Source: Eledone cirrhosa (taxonomy: Eukaryota). Taken from it: 64,000 nt of DNA. Below the pieces are notes generated by a model. The model ran no database searches. It saw only the letters and a list, made by a program, of their open reading frames with translations, and was not told where the DNA came from. Numbering within the stretch: position 1 is the stretch's first letter; the number at the start of each line of letters is the position of its first letter. Positions 28,338 to 41,775 of this stretch are shown one piece after another. The DNA lies in NCBI GenBank assembly GCA_964016885.1, contig OZ024745.1, positions 39,370,001 through 39,434,000 on the forward strand. The letters run 5' to 3'. The position numbers and the translations under genes are program-made.

Positions 28338-29282
28338 AGACTACAAAAAGGCATTTGACATGGTGCCTCATTCTGGAGATCTTCAAGGTGGCAGTTAACT
28401 TCAGACAGTTGTTGGGCAAAAGTATGAAGTCCTGGGAAACAGAGTTACAATCAACTGGAGAATCCTTGGGAAGCGTGAAGATCAATAGAGGTATCTTCCA
28501 GGGAGATAGTCTGGCCCCTCTGTTGTTTGTCCTTGCCCTGATGCCCTGACCCGTGTACTGCGAAAAGTGAGAGCAGGATACAGGTTGGAAAAGGGAGGGC
28601 TTACCATCAATCACCTCCTCTTAATGGACGATCTTAAGCTCTTCGGGAAGAGTGAGAAGGAGTTGGATGTGCTTGTTGACACTGTCCGTATTTTCAGCAA
28701 TGATATATGTATGCAATTTGGTATTAGTAAGTGTGGGGTCATTGTGATGAGGAGGGGTAAGTTGAGCAGGAGTAACGGAATCCAGATACCAACAGGTCAG
28801 ATGATAAAAGAAATTGACTCTGAGGAAGGATACAAGTATTTAGGGCGTTCTGGAGGCTGATGACATCAAGAACAAAAAAAAATGAAGGAATTGATAAGAA
28901 CTGAATACATTCGGAGAGTAAGGAGCGTATTAAAGTCACATCTGAACAGTAGGAATGCCATAAGTAAAGTAAATTCCCGAGTTGTGTCTATTATTAGGTA
29001 CAGTGCGGGAATTCTGAGATGGAATGTTGCTGAACAAAAAGAAATGGATAGGAAGACTAGGAAGCTATTGACTATCTACAACATGTTCCACAAGAGGAGT
29101 GATGTCGATAGACTCTACTAAATGAGATATGAGGGTGGAAGAGGTCTTATCAGCATAGATACTGTGTTCAGATGGAGAAAAACAACCTACACAAATACGT
29201 GACTGATAGTAAGGAGCCAATGCTCAGAACTGTACTGAAGGAGGGTCAATAGGCCAGGGGATGTCCAAGGAGGAAATAACAT
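28338..29282 (+). mobile_element. RT fragment of an R4/Dong-like element (subfamily B)
   Basis: DYKKAFD, RGIFQGDSLAPLLF, HLLLMDDLKLF, YKYLG, DVDRLY and GGRGL; frameshifted. Confidence 0.88.
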
Positions 29283-32200
29283 CACGAACAAACTAAACAT
29301 TACTGATTTAAATCATTTCTATTATGTATCGGCTAAAGTAACCACTCACATATGTGGAGTGAAGATGAAAAAACAAAGGAATTCCCACAAGAGATCTACT
29401 TGGCAAGAGAACATCAATCGCCAAATAAACCTTCTTCGATCTGACATAGAAATTTTAACAAACTATAAAGTAGGTGAACATGTTAAACAAACTAAACTTA
29501 GAAAATTGAAAAGAAAGTACAGTATAAAATCAACAAGTGAAATAGACATGCTGATAGAAATAATCAAGCAAAAAGTGTCGGCCAAAGCTGCTCGTATAAG
29601 GCGCTTTGAAAAACAATTTAGATTCTATAAGGACAATAATATGTTAAAAAAAAACCAAAGATACTTCTACAGAAAAATTGGTAAGTCAACAATAACTTCT
29701 AAATCAATACCACCCAAGGAGGAAGTTACAAGAATTCTGGGAAAAGATCTGGGCCGAAGAAAAAGTTCATAACATACATGCCCCATGGATAGACAGACAA
29801 ATGAAAGATACAGCTCACCTTGAGGAACAAATATGGGAAAATATAACAGTTGAACAGTTGCGCTTGGCTCTAAGAAAAACCAGCAAATGGAAATCCCCGG
29901 GAAAAGACAAAATACACAATTTTTGGGTAAATGCCTTCACAGAGTCTCATGAGCTGTTAGCCCAAATTTCCAATGAAATAGTTAAGGAGCCAGAAAAGAT
30001 ACCATCATGGCTAGTTAACGGCATTACATTCCTGCTTCCGAAGAATGATGAGACGAACAAATCCCCAAAATTACAGACGATAACTTGATTGACCACAATG
30101 TATAAGATGTTAACATCAGTCCTAACTGAATATATATATGACCACCTGCTAACAAATGACCTATTTCCCATTGAGCAGAAGGTGTGTAAACGAGGCTTAT
30201 AAGGCTGTAAGGATCAACTTTTGGTTAACAAAATGATACTGGAAGATTGTCATAATAGGCACAAAAATCTATCAATTGATTGGATAGATTATAAAAAAGC
30301 TTTCGATAGTTTGCCACACAGTTGGATTGAAAAATGTTTAGAGATTTTCAAAATATCCCCCGTTGTCAGAATGTTTTTGTCATTCAATATGAAGACATGG
30401 AAAACGACACTCCTTTTGAATGGTGAAACAAAATCACTGGAAGCTGGAGAATTTAATATTAATTGTGGAATTTTTCAGGGTGACTCTTTATCACCGCTTT
30501 TATTCTGCATCGCACTTATACCATTAAGTAAAATGCTCAATGAAACAAAACATGGATATAAAGTCATGACAAAACCATTAATCACTTGTTCTACATGGAT
30601 GACCTGAAACTATTTGCAAAAAATGATGAACAATTGCAAGGGCTATTATCCACTGTGGAGCATTTCAGTGATGACATTAAAATGGAGTTTGGACTAGATA
30701 AATGCGCCAAAGCAACGTTCACCAGAGGAAAGCTGCTGAAGAGTTCAGACATTAATCTTGATCGGGGGAACATGATAAGAGAACTTGATCAAGTAAAAAC
30801 TTATAAATATCTAGGTGTTTGTGAAGGAGACGGAATCAAGCACTCGACAATGAGGGAAAGGATAAGGAAGGAATGTTACCGCAGAGTAAGAGCAATCTTA
30901 AGAACGGAATTGAATGCAAGGAATAGGATCGATGCCATAAACACGCTTGCCATAACAGTAGTAACCTACAGTTACAATGTCATCAACTTGTCAAGCACAG
31001 AGATCCGATACAAAAATTCGATACAAAAGTTCGAAAATTCTTAACCATGCACAGAATGCATCACCAAAAGGCAGATATAGATAGAATATATCTCCCTAGG
31101 AAAGAAGGAGGACGTGGGTTAATCCAGTTAGACATTGCGTTGAAAACTGCAACAATTGGATAATCTACATATCTAAGGGAATCACATGATTGGATGATCA
31201 AACTCGTTTTGAAACACGAAAGCATCAAAAGATCATATTCCATTACAAAAGATGCACAAAGATACAGTAATAGACTACAAATTTCAGAAGTCCCATTTAC
31301 TGCTGAAATGGAAAACACATAAAAAGCAAAGCAGATAAAAGTAACTGCCAAGATAGAACTGGTACAGAAACTGGCTAAGAAATGGCAAGGAAAGCCTCTG
31401 TATGGAAAATACCCAGAACGAGCTAACAATCCTGATGTTGACAAAACTTTAACCCATCAGTGGTTGGCATCCTCTGGACTGAAATCGGAGACTGAAGGAC
31501 TGATTATATCAGCACAAGATCAGTGTCTGCCAACAAAAAATTACCAAGCCAACATAATAAAAAATGGATGCAGCCCATTATGCCGTGTATGCAAAAAACA
31601 ACCAGAGACCATTGACCATATAATTTCAATGTGCAGTCCTATAGATCCCACCGAATACCTAAACAGGCATGACAGAGCTGCACAATACATACATTGGATA
31701 ATGTGTAAGCATTTTGACCTGCCCCATCAAAAGAATTGGTGGGAGCATCAACCACCTCCCATACTTGAAAAAGATCACATCTCAATCTTGTGGAACTTTA
31801 GCATCCAAACAGACCGAAAAATAGATGCAAATAGACCTGATGTAATATTGAAGGACTTTAAAAAGAGGGTATGCCTGCTAATTGATATGTCCGTTCCAAT
31901 AGACAAGAATGTATCTATAAAAACATTTGAAAAATTGAGCAAGCATAAGGACCTGGAGATAGAATTTGGAAAAATGTGGCAATTGAGAACTAAAACAATA
32001 CCAGTGGTTGTAGGCGCTCTGGGAATGATACCTAAGGGGTCTAATGATTACTTATCGCAAATCCCAGGAAACCCGCGTATAGGAGAAATACAATAGATAG
32101 TACTAATGGGAACTGCCCATATACTAAGGAAGATTCTGTCAATATAAGTACAACACAAGTCTAAACATTAAAGGTGCATGTGTGAGTATGTATGTTCTTT

Positions 32201-32290
32201 CTTGAACATGGCGGACCTTGTTGTCTCTTGAGTCACTGGTTGTGACTTGGTGATAACTCGTATGAACATAAAGCAAGATAAATGCAACTG
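29283..32290 (+). mobile_element. Near full-length R4/Dong-like element (subfamily A), pseudogenised
   Basis: KWKSPGKD, WIDYKKAFDSLPH, GIFQGDSLSPLLF, FYMDDLKLF, CRVC..ETIDHIISMC, RHD and NRPDVIL..LIDMSVP; the 3' UTR ends at (TAA)n. Confidence 0.92.
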
Positions 32291-32306
32291 TAATAATAAT
32301 AATAAA

Positions 32307-32903
32307 AATACATACATTGGATAATGTGTAAGAAATTTGACCTGCCCCATCAAAAGAATTGATGGGAGCATCAACCATCTCCCATACTTGAAAAAAACAA
32401 CATCCCAATCCTGTGAAACTTTAGCATCCAAACAGACCGAAAAATAGATGCAAATAGACCTGATATAATACTGAAGGACTTTAAAAAGAGGGTATGCCTG
32501 TTAATTGATATATCCGTTCCAATAGACAAGAATATCTCTATAAAAACATTTGAAAAATTGAGCAAGTATCAGGACATGGAGATAGAAATTGGAAAATTGT
32601 GGAAATTGAGAACTAAAACAATACCAGTGGATCTAGGCGCTCTAGGAATGATACCTAAGGGGTCTAATGATTAATGATCGCAATTCCCAGGAAACCCGCT
32701 TATAGGACAAATACAAAAGATAGTACTAATGGGAACTGCCCATATACTAAGGAAGATTCTGTCAATATATGTACATCACAAGTCTAAACACCTGAAGATG
32801 CATGCGTGTGTATGTATGTTCTTTCTTGAACTTTGCGGACCTTGTTGATCTCTTGAGGTAACTGGTTGTGACTTGGTGATAACTCGTATGAACATAAAGC
32901 AAG
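32307..32903 (+). mobile_element. Tandem 5'-truncated second copy of the Dong-like subfamily A 3' end
   Basis: Repeats ~31684-32278 with substitutions; starts right after the (TAA)n tail. Confidence 0.9.
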
Positions 32904-33771
32904 TAAGTTTTTTAAGTTTAACATATTTAAAACAATTGTGAAGTAACAATTATTTGTACAAATGGGCCAAAACTATCAGGAAATGATGGCCCATAATATC
33001 CTGGCTTATGGCTCAAATATTCAACTTTGTATCATACATTTTATGTAAAAAAAATGGTTATAAAGGGAAGAAAACCCCCCTCTGTCTACACTAAATAGAA
33101 CAGCCAAATAACAGCAATTTCACCACCACCACAACCTAGATACACCACCTATCCCACCAACCCTCTGTCGAGTCTAAATTCAACAGCCAGATAACGGCAA
33201 TTTAAACACCACCGCCACCAATCCCACCATAATAATAATAATAATTAGTATTATTGTATCTCAAGTTTTCTCAAAATGTTTAATTCAAATATTAAGGAAT
33301 AATGTCAACATATATATTAAACATAGGCGACTAACCGCATAGATATACAGATCAAACAAACACATACTAACTACAGTCTATTCAACAGTCTTCAGTAGCG
33401 ACAATGCCAACGCTACAGTCACCGCCGCCACCGCTTCATCATTGCTAACACTTTCCCATCACCGCCGCCACCACCCCATCATTTCTACCATCACTATTCC
33501 CCCACTCCCTTCTGTTTACTTAAGAAAGAGGAAGGTGTCGGTAACACTAGACATGATGGAGGCTAACAAAATAATTATGGCACTGCTGGCTCCCCCCTTC
33601 CTCACGAACAATAAAAAACGCCCCAGCACCACCACCGATATAGCCAACAACAACAACAGGCAACTTCAACAAAAAGTATATTATATTATTGACAATAATT
33701 TCTTTCTTAGCCACGCAGTGTTCACATTAAGGAACCACTCATGATAATAACAATTTAAAAAACAAAAAAAA

Positions 33772-35238
33772 CCCTGTGACCAAGAAATACCTGGATGGCG
33801 GCCGGTGGGGAATAGCAGGTTATCTAGGGAAGGACGACCCCTCTAGTCTTGGTTGACACTCGTCCTAGGAGTCGTAACACGAAATGATTAACCCTTGGCG
33901 GTTAAGGATAACACGCAACAAAATAAAGGAAATGTCATATAATAAAATCTCATACCGGATCGGCCGCCACCCGTGTCAAAAAGGGCCGCGCCCCTCAGAG
34001 AGGAACCAGACTGGTGTCGAAAAATCAGCTAATGGTTCAAACCTACCCATCAATTAAGAGCTGGAGACCTCCAGTAACCGGAACACACCTACTGTTGGCC
34101 CTCCATGTTCACGACCAAGAAATCCAAAGAAAAAGAGAGAAAAATGGTCAAGGGAAGACAATAAAGAAGTCCTTGAGGCTTTCTACACTGCCATGTATTA
34201 CCCATCATATAGATCGAATACAGAACAGACATATATCAACTTGAAAAAGAAACATCTGGAAAACAAAGGCTATATTGACAGTAACAAACTAGCCAATATA
34301 GCAAGAAATATTAAGAAAAAGATACTAACTGAGATAGAAATTGATCAGATCAAGCAATTAGCACAAAGTCAGCGAAGGGGAAAAGAAACATGTGTCAGTG
34401 AAAACGAGGTAAATTGTAACACTTCGAATCCCAAGGTTGGGGCGGAATCACTGACAGCAGAACAAATTAAAGAAAAGATCGAAAAGGTGGAAGGAGTGCA
34501 TACTCAAGATGGTACTCAACATGAAAACAATGATATCGTAAATGATAAAGAAAGGAATGAGAATGAACTCGCCAACTTGAAGAATGAAATTATGATCGAT
34601 TGAAAATGATAGAATCTGACATGGGGGAAAGAGACACTCTCCCTAAGATCCAGAACTCCAAACAGAACCAAAGGATAATACGCAAGACTAACATAATTCC
34701 CAAAAACATTATTATCGCAAACAAACTAAACATTACATTATTCCCACAAGAAACCTACTTGGTAAGAGAACATTAATCGCCAAATAAAGCTTCTCCGATC
34801 TGGCAGAACTTTTAACAAACTACAAAGTAGGTGAAAATGTTAAACAAACTAAACTTAGAACATTGAAAATAAAACACAGTATAAAATCAACAAGTGACAT
34901 AGACATGCTGATAGAAACAATCAAACAAAAAGTGTCGGCTAAAACTGCTCGTATAAGGCGCTTTGTAAACTATGTAGATTCTATAAGGACAATAATATGT
35001 TCAAAAACAACTAAAGAAACTTCTACAGAAAAATTGGCAAGTCAACAATAACTGCTAAATCATTACCACCCAAGGAGGAAGTGCATGAATTCTGGGAAAA
35101 GATCTGGGACGAAGAAAAAGATCATAATATACATGCCCAATGGATAGACAGACAAATGAAAGATACAGCTCACCTTGAGGAACAAACGTGGGAAAATATA
35201 ACAGTTGAATAGATGCGTTCAGCTCTTAGAAAAACCAG
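33772..35238 (+). mobile_element. 5' part (5' UTR and N-terminal ORF) of Dong-like subfamily A
   Basis: 34718-35238 is homologous to 29286-29883. Upstream are a GC-richer structured leader and N-terminal ORF remnants (34193-34603). The 5' boundary is approximate. Confidence 0.75.
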
Positions 35239-35874
35239 GGATGTTCTGGAGGATGGTGTCAAAGGCCTCAAGCTCTCCACACAAAACCCCCTCAACAATG
35301 AGGTCTTTGACACCATCCCCCAGAACATCCCTGTATTGAAAAAGGACCATAGAATGAACCAAATTCTACGAACACACGATATCATAAAGAGAAAAAGACA
35401 ATCCAAGTCAATGAAAAACATATTAACACATGCCAAAGTACTGCCAACCACAACAACGAAACCCACAGTAACAAAATGCGATAGACCCAACTGTGGCATT
35501 TGCATCAACCTAATAGAGGGTTCGGAATTCTATTTCAAAGATGGACAACGTTTTATAGTAAAACACAATTTCACATGTGCATCGGAAAATCTAATATATG
35601 TATTAACTTGTTCAGGTTGTCGAGAACAATACATAGGCCAGACCAAAAACAGCCTCCGCCAAACATGACTGTCCATAGATCCCAAATCAAAATACGGGAA
35701 TACAGGAAAATACCACTGAGTGAACACATTGATACCTGTGCCGCCCAAAATCATCCCAACTTCAGAATCTTTCCCCTCTACAAATTTAAAGATAATGCCA
35801 CCCACACCCAGCGCATCGGCAAGGAATCTTACTTCATTAACAAATACGGACCCCGTCTAAACACTTCTCCCTAA
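35239..35874 (+). mobile_element. Penelope-like GIY-YIG endonuclease fragment (frameshifted)
   Basis: KCDRPNCGIC (linker), FTCASENLIYVLTCSGCREQYIGQT..LRQ, then HRSQI..PLSEHI..RIGKESYFINKYGPRLN. Confidence 0.88.
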
Positions 35875-36017
35875 GACGAACCCACAACATACACACGTCA
35901 ACATACATACCTACATCAGCACACATCTCTACCCACATAAAAACACAATGACATACGTAAACACATATATATATACACACACACATACACACGCGTACAT
36001 CAACATACAAAGAGACT

Positions 36018-36048
<31 letters not shown>

Positions 36049-36255
36049 GCACTTCTCCGTATGAGACAAAAGCTGAAAAATAACTTTTGACATGCTAAAA
36101 TTGCTTTCAGACACATTCTTACTGACCATCCCTGCCACCACGAATTACTCTGCTATACACACACCCACACACACACACACACACCTATCTTAATAGCCAT
36201 TTGACACACATCGCTGCTAACCATTATCACAACATCGAACACCTTACTACTACTA

Positions 36256-36311
<56 letters not shown>

Positions 36312-36336
36312 TTGTTGTGAAAGAGTCATTTCTCAA

Positions 36337-36560
36337 TCTTGGCGCAAAACCAATTTTTTATTCACATGAACTCTACCGACCAATCAAAATTGTTTTGACC
36401 ACAAGAATTTTTGCTGTAGCCACTTTTTTAACATAAAAATAGTCTTGGCGCAAAATCAATTTTTTACATTCACATGACCTCTACCGACCAATCAAAATTG
36501 TTTTGACCACAAGAATTTTGGCAACACCAAAGTAACGCTGGAGCCACTTTTTTAACATAA
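36337..36560 (+). repeat. Tandem duplication of a ~106-bp unit
   Basis: TCTTGGCGCAAAA..CTCTACCGACCAATCAAAATTGTTTTGACCACAAGAATTTT..AGCCACTTTTTTAACATAAAAA starts at 36337 and again at 36443. Confidence 0.85.
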
Positions 36561-36663
36561 AAAAAGGTAGAATTCCCAAAACTAATCAGATCAGAGCAAA
36601 CAGCACGGACACTCTATCTCAAAATTATTTTTGAAAAGCATTTAGAAATGCGCAACCGGTAAA

Positions 36664-36722
<59 letters not shown>

Positions 36723-36725
<3 letters not shown>

Positions 36726-36909
36726 GTGGTGGATTGGCAGTATCGGTAGAGGGTCGGACGCCATTTCTTGCCGCATATAATTACGGCCCTTTCCATTATG
36801 AGTTCAAATCCCGCCGAGGTTAACTTTGCCTTTCACCTTTACGGGGTCGAGAAAATAAAGTAACAGTAACGTAATGGGAAATCGCTGGCCTTGTGCCAAA
36901 AGTAGAAAC
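36723..36909 (+). mobile_element. tRNA-derived SINE inserted in (TA)n
   Basis: Same family motifs. Confidence 0.88.
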
Positions 36910-36999
36910 CATTATATATATATATATATACACATATACATTATATATATTGTATATATACACAATATATATATATTGAATATATATATATATATATAT

Positions 37000-37534
37000 G
37001 TAGATAAATCTACCAAGAGTTTACGGTAGTGTCCAATCCGTATGAAGAACTCAATGTATTCCGGATATCATGGAAAGAAGAGATGTAATGAAAAACCACT
37101 TTCGGTGAAAGATAAACGGTATACAGAGTCAAGATAAAATATTAAACAAATAATGAATAAACAATTCCTTATATTAAACAAAAAAAGTTCATTATTTAAC
37201 GATCGTTTCTAGGATATATATGTGTTAGAATTGGTATGCATATTCAACAGATCTATGTACAAAATTATACAAAATTATACAAATTATCAAGATTAAATAT
37301 ACATACCAAACACATATATACGCCGTCTTCAGAAATAATTATTTCTGAAGACGGCGTATATATGTGTTTGGTATGTATATTTAATCTTGATAATTTGTAT
37401 AATTTTGTATAATTTTGTACATAGATCTGTTGAATATGCATACCAATTCTAACACATATATATCCTAGAAACGATCGTTAAATAATGAACTTTTTTTGTT
37501 TAATATAAGGAATTGTTTATTCATTATTTGTTTA

Positions 37535-37543
<9 letters not shown>
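37000..37543. mobile_element. pLTR-like element ending in a perfect spacer-less 410-bp palindrome (37134-37543)
   Basis: Centre AATAA|TTATT at 37338/37339, with no mismatch seen between the arms. A homologous single-arm copy lies at 49990-50290. Confidence 0.88.
37338..37486 (+). ncRNA. Type I hammerhead motif with a ~115-nt stem II domain (mirror copy 37191-37339 on -)
   Basis: ATTATTT-CTGAAGA-C[GGCGTATATATGTGTT...AACACATATATATCCT]A-GAA-AC-GATC-GT-T-AAATAAT: 7-bp stem I, palindromic stem III ACGATCGT, GUU site and a C-A at 10.1-11.1. Confidence 0.65.
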
Positions 37544-37576
<33 letters not shown>

Positions 37577-37610
37577 TTATATATATTGTATATATACACA
37601 ATATATATAT

Positions 37611-37658
<48 letters not shown>

Positions 37659-38299
37659 TATATATATATACATATAACTATGTGTTTGAATGCTTGAATA
37701 TATATATATGTCTACAATCCAATAATCGCACGAATGCATAAGCAGGTATAAGAGCTATTATTACTGATATGTTTGTGTTTGCATTCGTGTAACTACAGAC
37801 CATTATACAGATTTCAGGAAGATCTCTACAAAAGTTTCAGAAGTTTCTTGCAGAAAATTATAAAGGAAAATATATAAGCCGAAAACTACAATAGAAAATC
37901 TGCGAAACACAAAAGTATTATATCTTTACATACAAAACAGATTATGGTGAAATGAAGTGGTAATTGAATCAAATACATGATGGTGTCCTTACTTATTTCT
38001 TGCGGCGAATATATAGTCCTGCATTGATGTTGTGCAGGGTTTCAATAAATTCGTTATATACAGAAAATAAAAAATAGAAAACCACCACACAAAATATGTT
38101 CTTTGTAAATAATATTGTGATTCATATATGTAAACAAACACATAAACATATAACAAGCCAATCTAAGATGCGCAAGCCGTTAAAAAGCAGATACAAAGAA
38201 ATAAGCTGAAGCATTCTAAACGAACTCCCATACGCACATAATTTAGATACAGGCACACGCTTACAAACGCACAAACACACACAACAATATATGCACATA

Positions 38300-38335
<36 letters not shown>

Positions 38336-38487
38336 GATTTCTTTCTTTCTTTATTTATTTATTGTTTATTTATTTATTATTTTTTTATTTATTTTATATA
38401 ATGGAAATATGTTAAGAAAATATATTTCATATTTCAAAAAAATATACAGTTACCTCTCTACACACACGTACGTACACACCCATACAG

Positions 38488-38631
<144 letters not shown>

Positions 38632-39124
38632 ATATATATATACGTACATACATGCCTACATAAATACATACGTACATACATACACATATAGACACATACA
38701 TACATATATATGTATTTGTCTGAGTTTGTGTATAAATATGATCGATTCTTGGGTAAACGATTTCAAAAATAAAAAGATGTAAACATGCTTTATACAATAT
38801 TTGCTGCACTTATTTTAAAGACGAATCTTTAGGAATTATAATCTATACATATACTACTAAAACTCTGTCATAGCTTGCGTGATTTCTTGCTTATCTGTAA
38901 TTTAATACAGCCAAAATGGCGTATAATGGGAAAATACTCTGAGAGGAAGTTGACTCTGAAATGGGAATACAAATCGAACAAACGAGTTTCGTGTAAATCG
39001 GAGCACAGTTACCCGAACTATGGGAATGTTTCGCGTGCCTTCATAAACAGAGAGAGAGAGAACGATAGAGAGAACCTGACTGGTCACAGATGTTCTAGTA
39101 TATATATAGAAATATATGTATAGT

Positions 39125-39162
<38 letters not shown>

Positions 39163-40583
39163 TGTGTATGTGTGTGTTTGTGTGTATGCACGGGTGTGCT
39201 CATTCTTTTGTTGTTTTTTTGGCAAATGCATAACTGAGTGTGAAGAATACACTTTACAATATTGGAAGCCCGTGTTAGATTAAAGTAGATATCATCTTAG
39301 CCAAGTGTTTTACACTTATTCCGATCAGCGCAATACGTGAGATTAAATTAGAATTGGTATATGAAGACAGCCTTGTGCTCATCTGACGAGTACATTTAAC
39401 TTGTTACACAAAGTTACAGTCACTTAATTTGTCAAGTTGTTAAAGGTTGAAATTTCCCATGGGGTACATATTTTGGGGAAGGTTAGTTAACCTTTCATTA
39501 CATAAGAGCTTAGCGCGAGATCAATATGTGAACGGTGAGAGGATATAAATGCCTTTCCAGTAGGGATCACGTTTTCCGTTTCTTGCTATTCACGATGGAT
39601 AATCTCTTCTGAAATGCATTGCATCTCATAACTTCATTTCATGAATTCCTACTTAGAATATCTCATTACCATGATTAGACAATAGAAGAGAAAGCATTTA
39701 TTCACCGACTTCTCTACTCAACATATAACTTGATTGTGAAATACCGGTCTCTACTCACGCTGAGAAACCTGTCTTACGCAGGAATTACTATTTCCTTGAG
39801 GACCACAGCAAAGAATTACACATGAAGCAGCGAGAAATATTTTGAAATACCTATTGCCATCATATTCATTCACTCTTCGTACATCTCGACTGAAAACAGA
39901 TGGAAATGAACGAAACATCGCTACAACATAGACAATCGTTTATAACATCAATGGACCGAGATAAGACAGGCTTTGTGTAAGTAAAATTTGTTACTATTAA
40001 AATAGACATCAATAATAGTTGACTGGGAAGCATTGAAATTACATTGCCGTCATCTGAATTCAGTCCACTTGATCTGTTGCCAGATACAAGATAGCACAAG
40101 GTCTTCAGATTTAAAGTCATGACTTTTATATATAATATATGCTGATTTAAATATTTGTTGATTTAAAAGAGCCTAATGGGCTTGAGTAGGTCTGTGAACA
40201 AAATATGCAGGTCCATATTTTTCTTTCGATCTTTTTTGTCAAGTGATAAAGAGAATAGATCATTGCGATTAGATGCATGTAAGAATAAAACCACATTCGG
40301 TCAAGAATAACACTGATATTTTGTACCTAGATATTCGCTCTCCCAGGTAAATACATGGGTAACCTGTGTTTCTGGAAGCACGTTCGCTCATGCATACAGT
40401 CCCCGCACACGCCATCGATTTGTCTGATGGAAATCAAGGGCTGATACCGCTATGCACCAGAGTAGTCGTATTTCATTTTTGTAATTATGTAAACTGGGGC
40501 AAATTGAAAAAGTGCTATTCCAGACGCAAGACACTGTATTAACCACTAAGCCACATACATTCACACACATGCATATATATACA

Positions 40584-40666
<83 letters not shown>

Positions 40667-40991
40667 GGAGGGGGGGGGGTGCGTGTGTATGTGTGTGTGT
40701 ATGATATGGCTCTATTAATATTATATTTCAGTTTTAAAGTGAATTAACAGCTGTCCTCTTTAATATTAAATACATGACTTCATATCATGCACTAATAATA
40801 AATATACTGACATTTGGAGACATATAATTGCTGGATTACTTCGAAAATTATAGCAGTGCAACTAAATTAAATTTTCCTCATTTATAATATATAGCTTTAA
40901 AGCTTTCATTAAAATATGTACATATACATATGTATACACACACGCATACATTAATATATTCATCAGCATATATATATATATATATATATAT

Positions 40992-41300
40992 GGAAAAAGA
41001 GTCAGAACCCCGACAGCTGAGCTCCGGCCTTCCAGGCAAATACACGGGTAACTCGTCTTTGTGATAACGTGCATTCGCTCATGTATACAGTCACCGCTCA
41101 CTATGACACGACATCGATCTAGTCTTGAACTCCGCAGCTCATCCGTCGGGGTCCTTGCACTACTACCTTACGTATCGAGTAGTCTGATGAGTTATGGCCC
41201 AATTGGTTCCTTACCACACTTCCTTCGTAATTAAGGACTTTGCTTATTAATATCTGCCTCCGATGAGCCCCCTCGGCGAAACACGTGTAAGAGCTATATA
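40992..41300 (+). mobile_element. Diverged 'cttcgtta' family copy with an extended 3' end
   Basis: ACCCCGACAGCTGAGCT...AGCTCATCCGTCGGGGT stem, then TGGTTCCTTACCACACTTCCTTCGTAA, continuing to a second HHR-like motif. Confidence 0.7.
41255..41294 (+). ncRNA. Degenerate minimal hammerhead motif
   Basis: CT-CCGATGA-GCC-CCCTC-GGC-GAA-AC-ACGT-GT-A-AG: U4->C in the core, palindromic stem III ACACGTGT, weak stem I. Confidence 0.55.
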
Positions 41301-41421
41301 AAGATATGTTTTAACGGCTTGTGACTCTTTCATTCACTCATTCTTTTGCTTACATGTATATATATATATATATATATTATATGTATATATGTGTGGATGT
41401 GTGTGTGTGGATGTGTGTGTG

Positions 41422-41454
<33 letters not shown>

Positions 41455-41534
41455 CTACGCACCTGCGTATATATATATATACGCAGGTGTGCAGGCATAC
41501 ACACACACATACACACACACACACATACACACAT

Positions 41535-41576
<42 letters not shown>

Positions 41577-41732
41577 CGAAACATAAGTCAATTGCATGAA
41601 CTCATAATCCTTTATTTACTGCTATATATATTTCGGTGATAACCATTGAATTTCTATGACCTCATCAGGCAGTTAGTCAGTTCTTAGATATGCCAGTTCT
41701 GTGTTTATAGTGGGGATAGTATCAGAGCCTTG

Positions 41733-41775
<43 letters not shown>

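Noticed and set aside
39900-39977. Possible host exon (CAG|ATGGAA...TGT|GTAAGT)
   Set aside because: Weak acceptor, unrecognisable peptide and no partner exons; needs RNA-seq.
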